Assembly (NCBI GenBank): GCA_038821645.1
Contig: JAWBDT010000016.1
Coordinates: 1-43,497 of the forward strand
DNA: 43,497 nt
Direction: 5' to 3'
Source of the DNA: Ignisphaera sp.
Lineage (GTDB): Archaea > Thermoproteota > Thermoprotei_A > Sulfolobales > Ignisphaeraceae
The position numbers were made by a program, and so were the translations under genes. The notes under the pieces are model-generated. The model saw only the letters and a program-made list of their open reading frames with translations, did no database searches and was not told the DNA's origin. Positions 30,802 to 39,168 of the stretch are shown in pieces (the stretch's first letter is position 1; each line of letters opens with the position of its first letter).

Positions 30802-31599
30802 TCAGCTTTTGTTTACATCTTTCGCTACATCACCGTTATTTGTATCGTTTCTACAGTTCTCTTTGATAGTTTTTGCAAATATTACTGTAGGTCTATCTGA
30901 TTCTAGTGCTTCTTCTATAGCTAGTATAATACTTGATATGTTATGACCGTCACACCATAGAACTTTCCAGCCCACCATCCTCCATATAAAAGGCATATAG
31001 CTCTTAGGCTTAATATCATCTGTACTACCATCAAGCTGACATTCATTGAAATCAACTATGACAATCAGATTGTTTAGCTTTAACAGAGGTGCATGTGTAA
31101 TAGCTTCCCATACCTGGCCTTCGTCTTGTTCACCATCACCTAGAATCACGAATACCCTTCCTCTTCCTCCACACCGCTTAATCCATGATGCCACACCTAC
31201 ACCAAAACTGATCCCCTGTCCTAGACTACCTGTAGACATATCTACTCCAGGTATCGATATATCTGGATGATTTTGTAGAATAGAGTTAACACTATTTATT
31301 TTGAATAATTCATTTTTATCTATAACACCAATTTCTGAAAGTATTGCATAGAGAGCTGGTGCTGCATGACCCTTACTCAGAATTAGCCAATCCTTATCAA
31401 GCTTATTTGAATTATTCCTAAGGAATCTTGTAGTTATTGTAGCTATTATATCGAGCGAACTTAGTGAAGATTCTAGATGAATATGTTTCTCCTGTTGACT
31501 TACAAGAAGAAGTGTTTTCCGAGCATTCTCTACTATCTCTTTTATCTGATTTATGCTATTGGATATGTTCTCTAATATTGGAGCTGCATCTCCCTTCAC
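30802..31599 (-). CDS. transketolase, N-terminal (ThDP-binding) subunit; start uncertain
   Basis: LSKGHAAP, STGSLGQG, GDGEQDEG..WEA..N and DGHN. Confidence 0.9.
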   Translation of the reverse strand: MKGDAAPILENISNSINQIKEIVENARKTLLLVSQQEKHIHLESSLSSLDIIATITTRFLRNNSNKLDKDWLILSKGHAAPALYAILSEIGVIDKNELFKINSVNSILQNHPDISIPGVDMSTGSLGQGISFGVGVASWIKRCGGRGRVFVILGDGEQDEGQVWEAITHAPLLKLNNLIVIVDFNECQLDGSTDDIKPKSYMPFIWRMVGWKVLWCDGHNISSIILAIEEALESDRPTVIFAKTIKENCRNDTNNGDVAKDVNKS

Positions 31600-31654
31600 C
31601 CACGAAATTCCATCTGACCCACCATATTGTATCAGGATTCAGCTGACCGTACAT
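31556..31654 (-). CDS. putative aromatic-rich leader peptide (32 aa) overlapping the start of the aro operon
   Basis: Manual translation MYGQLNPDTIWWVRWNFVGEGRCSSNIREHIQ*; whether it is transcribed and translated is unknown. Confidence 0.3.
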   Translation of the reverse strand: MYGQLNPDTIWWVRWNFVGEGRCSSNIREHIQ

Positions 31655-31705
31655 CTATCCTAGAGGTATATATAAAGTTTGTGTTTACATGGTACATACA
31701 AATTT

Positions 31706-31719
31706 ATTCAGCTTAGAAT
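31706..31719. promoter_or_regulatory. palindrome ATTC-AGCTTA-GAAT next to TTTAAAT in the aro/hacA divergent region
   Basis: Matches the RTTCWGNTTMGWAY pattern shared with 4247 and 13397. Confidence 0.45.
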
Positions 31720-31745
31720 GATTTAAATTTTCTGTACCCTACAAA

Positions 31746-33017
31746 ATGAATGTTTTGGTGTTAAAATATATGCTAACCTTGACGGAAAAGATAATTAGTA
31801 GAGCTGCTGGAAAGTCTATAGCCCCTGGAGATGTTGTTGAAGTAGGAGTAGATATAGTCGCTTTTCATGATCTGACAGGATACCACGTAATAGAGGTTAT
31901 GGAGAATGCAGGTCTCAAGAAGATTCACAAGCTTGAGAGTCTTGTTATAGCTTTTGATCATCTAGTGCCGCCACCAGATACCAGAAGTGCTGAGATTCAG
32001 CAAATCATAAGGAGATTTGTTAAAGAAATGAATGTTGCTAACTTTCACGATATTGGCTACGGGATACTGCATCAAGTTCTTGTAGAAAGATATGTTCTTC
32101 CTGGCCAAGTCGTTGTTGCAGCTGATAGTCACACAACAACATCTGGAGCTTTAGGCGCTTTTGCCCAAGGTATGGGTGCTAGTGATATAGCTGCAGCAAT
32201 TATAACGGGCAAGACATGGCTTACGGTACCCCAGCCTTTTAAAATAATTCTAGAAGGCAAGCTTAAGAATGGGTTCATTACAGGAAAAGAAGTTGCTCTC
32301 GAGATCTTGAGAGTATTTAAAGCAGATTATTTTGTGGGTATGTCTATAGAGGTATTCGTTAAAGAACCTTCAGCCTTCCCCATGGACTATAGAATAACTG
32401 TTGCTAATATGGGTATAGAGATGAACGCTGATACTCTTATGTTTATACCGGATATAGTTACAGAGAAATATCTAATGGATATGAGAGGTATTGAGGTAAA
32501 ACCTGTGCAACCAGATCCAGGAGCTAAATATATTGATGAGTATACAGTTGAACTCGATAAGGTAGGATTCCTAGTAGCTGCACCACATAGTGTTGATAAT
32601 GTTAAGTATGTTGAAGAAGTTAATAGAGAGGAAGTGGATATGGTGTTCATAGGCTCTTGTACTAACGGTAGACTAAGCGATTTCGAGATAGCGGCAAAAA
32701 TCATGAAAGGCAGAAAGGCGAAAACAAGGTGTATAGCTATACCAGCCTCTTGGAATGTATTTAGAAAGGCTATGGAATTAGGCTATATACAGACACTAGT
32801 TGAAGCTGGCTGTATAGTTACATACGGTACCTGTGGACCATGTATAGGTGGTCACTTTGGTATAGCTGGACCTAATGAAGTAGTTGTATCTACATCGAAT
32901 AGAAACTTCATAGGTAGAATGGGTAGTCCACAAGCAAAAATATATCTCTCAGGACCAGCTATAGCTGCAGCTACAGCTATACTTGGAAGAATATCAGAAC
33001 CAGGTGATGTAATATGA
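31746..33017 (+). CDS. leuC: homoaconitase / 3-isopropylmalate dehydratase large subunit; likely start ATG 31770
   Basis: [33 protein letters not shown] and STSNRNF. Confidence 0.92.
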   Translation: MNVLVLKYMLTLTEKIISRAAGKSIAPGDVVEVGVDIVAFHDLTGYHVIEVMENAGLKKIHKLESLVIAFDHLVPPPDTRSAEIQQIIRRFVKEMNVANFHDIGYGILHQVLVERYVLPGQVVVAADSHTTTSGALGAFAQGMGASDIAAAIITGKTWLTVPQPFKIILEGKLKNGFITGKEVALEILRVFKADYFVGMSIEVFVKEPSAFPMDYRITVANMGIEMNADTLMFIPDIVTEKYLMDMRGIEVKPVQPDPGAKYIDEYTVELDKVGFLVAAPHSVDNVKYVEEVNREEVDMVFIGSCTNGRLSDFEIAAKIMKGRKAKTRCIAIPASWNVFRKAMELGYIQTLVEAGCIVTYGTCGPCIGGHFGIAGPNEVVVSTSNRNFIGRMGSPQAKIYLSGPAIAAATAILGRISEPGDVI

Positions 33018-33535
33018 TTATCGAGGGAAAGGTCATAAAATTAGGAGATAAAATAGATACAGATGTAATTATACCTGCTAAACACTTAAGATACACAGAT
33101 CCACAATACCTCGCACAACACGTCTTTGAACCCATTGACCCAGAATTCCATAAAAAGGCTCAAGGAGCAATAATAGTAGCCGGAAAAGTATTCGGCATGG
33201 GATCATCTAGAGAACAAGCAGCTATAGCAATAAAAGCTGCAGGCATTAAAGCAGTTATAGCAGAATCGTTTGCAAGAATATTCTACAGAAATGCTATAAA
33301 CAATGGTCTACCTGCAATAGTATGTCCTGAGATAACTAAAGAAGTTAGCGAGGGAGACATAATTACTGTAAATATAGAAACAGGAGAGGTTGCTATAGGA
33401 GGCAACAAAATCATAAAATGTAAAAGTATAACAGGAATGGCGCTAGAAATACTAAAGAGTGGAGGACTTATCGAGTATCTGAAGAATCTGGAAAAAAAGA
33501 AAAATGAGGTAACTGAATTACATGAACATAAATAG
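33014..33535 (+). CDS. leuD: homoaconitase / 3-isopropylmalate dehydratase small subunit
   Basis: [18 protein letters not shown] and [15 protein letters not shown]. Confidence 0.92.
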   Translation: MIIEGKVIKLGDKIDTDVIIPAKHLRYTDPQYLAQHVFEPIDPEFHKKAQGAIIVAGKVFGMGSSREQAAIAIKAAGIKAVIAESFARIFYRNAINNGLPAIVCPEITKEVSEGDIITVNIETGEVAIGGNKIIKCKSITGMALEILKSGGLIEYLKNLEKKKNEVTELHEHK

Positions 33536-33749
33536 TAGATTCGTATTTCATAATTCTCTACTCTAGCTCTAATACCCAATGATATTTTAATAATATTTCA
33601 TAATTTTGATTCGTTTTAAGTTCTAAGCCCTCTCTCTTGTTTAACTACATACATAATCATTCATCATGTATATGTCTCAACCTCAATGTGTAGAATCAGA
33701 TAAGTAACAACTTTGTATTGACTAATCATAAATTAACGTCTATCAGATA

Positions 33750-34457
33750 TGTTGATGAATCTCCACAAGAAGTTGTATTACCACTTGGTATTGTATTAAT
33801 AGGACTACTGTATTATATTGGGTTTAGTGAGAATCAATTCTCAAGAAATACTATTGCAAGCTTCTCTAGAACCATTTGATTCCGTCATTAGCCTTCTACA
33901 CAATAGTAATTTAATGGAGGTGCAATAAGTTATTTAATGCTATCTATATAGGAATACTTGTATTACCCTAGTAACACCTACTCCAGCAGAAAACCATAAC
34001 AAAATAATCATATCTATAGAAACAATTACTGCCACACTCACAACAATATACTACAACAGTAACAACAGTTACTTCTCCAACTACAATAATAGTTACTGTA
34101 TCTATCGATATTAGAAATAATGTCCTCATTAACGACAGTATTGATGCAGTATATGTATGTCATTACATCATCATATACAATCACTATAACGATAAACATT
34201 ATTATAACACAATAGTTAAAGTTTCTATAGCGATACAAAATACAGAAGCTAAAATACATATAGTTGAAGTAGAGAGAATGTTAAAGAAACTATATATACA
34301 AACATTAACTTCAACAATTATGAGACCTACAATCACTATGTCTAACTGTTATGAAACTCCCTACTGAATGATACTCATGATTATGATTTTAGGCCTAATT
34401 GCTATAGAATCTATGGCTATATAACTAATTAGGATTAGGTATAGGAAGTGGTATTGA
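33750..34457 (+). pseudogene. decayed Thr-rich, C-terminally anchored surface-protein gene (5' limit approximate)
   Basis: Thr-rich tracts in different frames (ETITATLTTI / YTTTVTTVTSPTTIIVTVS / ITSSYTITITI), ending MILMIMILGLIAIESMAI*LIRIRYRKWY* with internal stops at 34365 and 34422. Confidence 0.55.
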
Positions 34458-34572
34458 ATGTTGATTAATTCATTAATCTATTTCATTCTTATTCATCTTT
34501 TTAGTCATTGTCATATGATGATTAAAACCTACTTAAATTCTTAAGCTTTGAGAACATTATTGTTTATTAGGT

Positions 34573-35724
34573 TTGATCATGGGTATATGTCGTTTATGTG
34601 GTTATAGTAGCAAAACTGTTAGTAATGTTGTTGGAGTTTGTGTAAAATGTTTGAGAAATAATACTGAGGCTGTCAAAATAGCTATGGAAGTCCACAAGAG
34701 GTATAGAGAGAATATTGGATTGAGTATAGAGCCTCCTAGAGATCTTAATGGAGTAAAATGTGTATTGTGTGTTAACGAGTGTCGTATTCCTATTAATGGA
34801 TACGGTTTCTGTGGTATGTGGAGAAACATTAAAGGTGTTCTAAGATTTATTGAAGATTCTGGATATGGTGTTCTTCATGCATATCTAGATCCTTTGCCAA
34901 CAAATTGTGTAGCAACACCTGTATGTCCTGCCACTACTGGTGCTGGTTACCCTAAGTATAGTGTCTCTATAGGGCCTGAGTATGGTTACTATAATCTAGC
35001 TGTGTTTTTTGTTGGATGTAATCTCGATTGTATTTTTTGCCAGAATTGGCAGCATAAGGATATAGCTGTATCACCAAAGCTTAGAAAACGCTATTTAATG
35101 TCTGTTGATCAACTTGTTAAAGAAGCTATCGAAAACAATAAAGTATCTTGTATATGTTTCTTTGGTGGGGATCCTGGACCTCATACAATTTACGCTCTTG
35201 AAGTAGCTAGAAGGATCTTAAGGTATAGTTCAGAAAATAATGTCATTAAGAGAATTTGTTGGGAGACAAATGGTTTAGAGAATCCGAAGATAATGAAGGA
35301 AATGGCCAAATTAAGTCTTGAGAGTGGAGGTATTATTAAAATTGATTGGAAGGCATACACCCCAAATGTGTATCAAGCTCTTACAGGTGTTGATGGATAT
35401 AGAGCTATTGAGAGAATTAAAGAAAATATCGCTCTTTTAGCTAATATGTCTAGAGAAAGAAAAGAAATCCCGCTACTAGTCATAAGCATTCTTCTCGTAC
35501 CAGGCTACGTAGATGAAGAAGAAGTCGAGGGTATAGCTAAATATGTATCTTCAATTGATAAAACAATACCTATAGTTCTTTTAGCTTTCCATCCTGATCA
35601 TCTCCTTAGAGACTTACCTCCGACAAGTATAAATCATGTTAGGAAATCTGTAGAGATTTTAAAAATTTATGGAATTGAGAATGTGTTTGTAGGTAATGAA
35701 TGGCTTCTTGGGTATTTCTATTGA
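34573..35724 (+). CDS. radical SAM protein (PflX / AmmeMemoRadiSam-like) with N-terminal Cys clusters
   Basis: CNLDCIFCQNW (CxxxCxxC), GGDP, ETNG and AFHP; N-terminal CRLC..CVKC and CVLCVNEC..FC. Confidence 0.85.
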   Translation: MIMGICRLCGYSSKTVSNVVGVCVKCLRNNTEAVKIAMEVHKRYRENIGLSIEPPRDLNGVKCVLCVNECRIPINGYGFCGMWRNIKGVLRFIEDSGYGVLHAYLDPLPTNCVATPVCPATTGAGYPKYSVSIGPEYGYYNLAVFFVGCNLDCIFCQNWQHKDIAVSPKLRKRYLMSVDQLVKEAIENNKVSCICFFGGDPGPHTIYALEVARRILRYSSENNVIKRICWETNGLENPKIMKEMAKLSLESGGIIKIDWKAYTPNVYQALTGVDGYRAIERIKENIALLANMSRERKEIPLLVISILLVPGYVDEEEVEGIAKYVSSIDKTIPIVLLAFHPDHLLRDLPPTSINHVRKSVEILKIYGIENVFVGNEWLLGYFY

Positions 35725-35764
35725 GATACTTGTGAAACGTCAGGTCAGGATATAGTCTCTATTC

Positions 35765-36790
35765 TTAGCGGAAACCCGGTGGCCTGATTTTTAGTACCTC
35801 TTTATTGACTAGTGTTGGTGGTTCTCTCCCTTCGTAGAACGCTATCAGATTCTCAGCTACTAGCTCCGCCATAGCGTGTCTTGTCTCATATGTTGCTGAA
35901 CCTATATGAGGTAGTATAACAACGTTCTTGAACGCTGTCAACGGATGATTTGCAGCTAGAGGTTCTTGTTCAAATACGTCTAGACCTGCTCCAGCAATCC
36001 ATCCCTCCTTTAAAGCCTTCACTAACGCTTCTGTATCTACTACAGCTCCTCTAGCTGTATTTATCAGTATGGCTGATCTCTTCATTTTTTTCAATCTTTC
36101 TTCATTTATCATATGGTATGTCTCTCTAGTTAATGGAACATGAAGCGACACTATGTCTGCTTCTTGTAAAAGTTGATCAAGTTCTTTGAATTCAGCCCCT
36201 ATCTCCTTCTCTAACTCTTCATTTCTACTCCTATCAAAGTATATAACCTTCATTCCAAACCCTTTAGCACCTATTTCAGCAACTCTTGAACCTATTCTAC
36301 CACAACCTACTATACCTAGCACCTTGCCTCGTAACTCTATACCTAGCATCATCTTTGGATGCCATGCTGTTTTAAGTCTCTCCCATTCACCCCATCTAAC
36401 GAAGTGATCTGCTTCTACAATTCTTCTAGCAACAGCTAGGATCAAAGCCCATGTCAATTCAGCTGTAGCTTCGGTTAGTACCCCAGGAGTATTAGTTACG
36501 TAAATCCCTAATTTTGTTGCACAATCAATATCTATATTGTCGTATCCTACAGCTAGTTGTGCAACTATCCTTAAGTTCTTAGCTTGATACAGAAGATTAC
36601 AATCTATTCTATCGCTAAGTAAACTAACTAAAGCATCTACCTCTCTAGCTTTCTCAAGTATCACCTCATATGGTGGTGGCTGATATCTATCCCATACCTC
36701 TACATTATAATACTTCTCTAGCCTCTCAATTACATCTGTAAACAACTCCCTAGTTATAAAGAGCTTGGGTTTAGTCATAATTAACACCAT
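35765..36790 (-). CDS. gyaR: glyoxylate/hydroxypyruvate reductase (D-2-hydroxyacid dehydrogenase)
   Basis: [36 protein letters not shown] and PHIGSA. Confidence 0.9.
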   Translation of the reverse strand: MVLIMTKPKLFITRELFTDVIERLEKYYNVEVWDRYQPPPYEVILEKAREVDALVSLLSDRIDCNLLYQAKNLRIVAQLAVGYDNIDIDCATKLGIYVTNTPGVLTEATAELTWALILAVARRIVEADHFVRWGEWERLKTAWHPKMMLGIELRGKVLGIVGCGRIGSRVAEIGAKGFGMKVIYFDRSRNEELEKEIGAEFKELDQLLQEADIVSLHVPLTRETYHMINEERLKKMKRSAILINTARGAVVDTEALVKALKEGWIAGAGLDVFEQEPLAANHPLTAFKNVVILPHIGSATYETRHAMAELVAENLIAFYEGREPPTLVNKEVLKIRPPGFR

Positions 36791-36822
36791 ATCTATGTGT
36801 TAAAACATCCAATCCTAAAACA

Positions 36823-38982
36823 CTATAGGTTCAGAGATTTAGAGAGCTCTTTAATAGCATTAACGACTCTTTCTCTGAATGCAATATAGCTATTCGTAAA
36901 TTCTTTCAATGTTTTTGCGCATGGTCCATATGTTGGCCAATCTTTAGGACTTACACCTCTATATCCATAGTCTTTGTTTATCCCCACCTTCTTTAATAAG
37001 TCTACAACCTCTGGCGAAGCTTCATAAGCTTTCACAAAATCCTCATATTGCATAAGTATATCGAGATATTCTTTTGGTAGTTCTTGGTATATAGATTCCG
37101 CTAAATCATCTAATCTAATACTCTTTCCAACAACTTCATTAACTACCGAAAGTTGATGATCAGGAAATTCAGTATTTGTCATGTTTCTTGAAGCATATGT
37201 GTATAGTGTATCTATAGGCTTTCTCTTTGAGGCTGGCAGAAGATCTATTCTGTCTAGTATCATTTCTGCTTGATCTCTCCTTATACCGAATTCTCTGACC
37301 AGATACTCTATCCATTTCTCTCTATTCCATGGAGAGAACAGTATTTCATAAACTCTTTGAGCTACATATGTACCTGAAAGTTTTAGGGCCATTTCAAGAG
37401 GTTTGAGCATCTTTAGTACATCCTCTCTAGAGCCATAGGCTCCTGTTTCAGTCAGTACCTCTATGTATGGTTCTCTAATGAGATCTCTACCCAATACCCT
37501 ATGACTACATAGATAGTCAACTATATCTCTTATGTTTAACGACTTAATCTTAGTCCAAGTGGCTTCATCAACTTTCAATCCTTTGGCAAGCTTTTCAAGC
37601 AACATCATCTTCTTATCCTCATCTACATTTTCAAGAGCCTTCATAAGTAGTTTTGCAGCTATATCTTCCCTAAGATGATCCTCAAGCCTTCCACCCATGT
37701 TTGTGTCATAGGTTTGTGTAGGTATAATACCTTTCTTAACAGCTTTAGCCATACCCTTCATGGCTCCAAAAGCTACTAAGACCTCTTGAGCAACAGTATA
37801 ACTGACGGTTATATTCTGACCAATACCTATTTCATTCAATCTTTCTGCAATCTCTATAGATTCAGGATAGCCTGCTGCAACCTTGATAACTAGGTTAGGT
37901 CTACCTTTTTCTGATACATTATAGCCCCACCAGAGATATTCATCGTATATCTTTAAATCCTCCTCAAGCCTCATTGCAAATATCTTTGCTGCTTCAACAC
38001 TTTTCTCTACGTTATTAGCTATAAGTGGATTAAGCTGATAGCTAACAAGACCATCATGATATCTTGAAAGTATAAAGGGTACCCTAAATACGTAAAAGTT
38101 ATCTAGGAGAGCAAATCTTGTTGCTTCCATTGCTATGTCGTCAGCATATCTATCAGGATCTTTAAACCATTCTGGATACTTTTTAGATAATATGTTTCTA
38201 GCATAATCAATGAATCTATTCCATAGATCAGGATCATCATCATAAGCCTTTCCAGCAAGCACAGGATTAGTGGATACTTGTACATACCCTAGATGTCTGA
38301 GCCATCTTAATCCCAGAGCATAATCATTACCGAATTTACACAACCCCTTCTCATAACTTTTCCTATAAACGTTTTCAGTAAACACATTTCTTACAGCTAA
38401 AACAAAACTTTTTGCAACTGCATCCATGTCTATACTATTCATAATCTTTCTAGCCATTTCGGCTACAAGACTCTTACCTTTATTAACCTTAAGCATTTCT
38501 TTTACATTAAGTTCTATTGTTGCTAGAAGCACATTTGGAGAACCAAGTTCTATTCTCTCAATATTTTCCCATTCGCTAAGCGCATTAGTCAAAATTGTAA
38601 TCGCTTCTTCAATAGTCTCTTCGTCAAAATCACTCCAACGGCTCTCAACACCAACAAGATTCATTATGAGTTCAATAACTGTATCATATATTCTTGCTCT
38701 CCTAAGTATTCTATTATTGAGTGTCTCTAGATCAGTAGTAGATAAACTCTCGGACCTGATTACAAGATTCGCTCTTCTAATAAAGCTTCCAAGCACATCC
38801 AGCAACATATTCTTCATATCGTAATGAAGGATGTGATCTGCCGCTAATTTTGTGTATCCCGCTAAAGCTGTTTTAAGCATATGGTCTGCATGATCTACAG
38901 CTGGAGGTACTGGAAGAGATAATGGTTCGATAGAAACCTTCTTCAACAAATTGATTACATAATCTTTACTCAAGTAAATCAT
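36823..38982 (-). CDS. large transaldolase/fructose-6-phosphate-aldolase family protein with about 200-aa N-terminal extension
   Basis: FGNDY, STNPVL, VSYQLNP, NLVIKVAA (Schiff-base Lys), NITVSYTVAQ, GRLED and TNTEFP. Confidence 0.8.
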   Translation of the reverse strand: MIYLSKDYVINLLKKVSIEPLSLPVPPAVDHADHMLKTALAGYTKLAADHILHYDMKNMLLDVLGSFIRRANLVIRSESLSTTDLETLNNRILRRARIYDTVIELIMNLVGVESRWSDFDEETIEEAITILTNALSEWENIERIELGSPNVLLATIELNVKEMLKVNKGKSLVAEMARKIMNSIDMDAVAKSFVLAVRNVFTENVYRKSYEKGLCKFGNDYALGLRWLRHLGYVQVSTNPVLAGKAYDDDPDLWNRFIDYARNILSKKYPEWFKDPDRYADDIAMEATRFALLDNFYVFRVPFILSRYHDGLVSYQLNPLIANNVEKSVEAAKIFAMRLEEDLKIYDEYLWWGYNVSEKGRPNLVIKVAAGYPESIEIAERLNEIGIGQNITVSYTVAQEVLVAFGAMKGMAKAVKKGIIPTQTYDTNMGGRLEDHLREDIAAKLLMKALENVDEDKKMMLLEKLAKGLKVDEATWTKIKSLNIRDIVDYLCSHRVLGRDLIREPYIEVLTETGAYGSREDVLKMLKPLEMALKLSGTYVAQRVYEILFSPWNREKWIEYLVREFGIRRDQAEMILDRIDLLPASKRKPIDTLYTYASRNMTNTEFPDHQLSVVNEVVGKSIRLDDLAESIYQELPKEYLDILMQYEDFVKAYEASPEVVDLLKKVGINKDYGYRGVSPKDWPTYGPCAKTLKEFTNSYIAFRERVVNAIKELSKSLNL

Positions 38983-39168
38983 TACTTCCCATTCCCTCTA
39001 AAAATATTCAACACATGATATAATGTTTACAAATAAAAACTTTACCATCCATGATGTTGTAGATAGAATCCGCCAACTTTTGGGCTACACTATTCCAAAC
39101 TAGGTGGTATTTCATTAGAAGTCCAGTTAGAATCTATATCTAGATAGGTTTATTAGCAAGATTATGTT

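Noticed and set aside
34038-34259. 73-aa Cys/Ile/Tyr-rich minus-strand ORF
   Set aside because: Antisense reading of the Thr-rich (ACN) relic on the plus strand.
34516-34576. ATGATGA resembling a C box upstream of the radical SAM gene
   Set aside because: No CTGA D box or plausible guide at the right spacing; looks like promoter DNA.
39040-39168. Possible cobalamin riboswitch upstream of the methyltransferase-corrinoid genes
   Set aside because: No B12-box or GGGAA core is recognisable and only weak pairing is seen; an Infernal/Rfam search would settle it.
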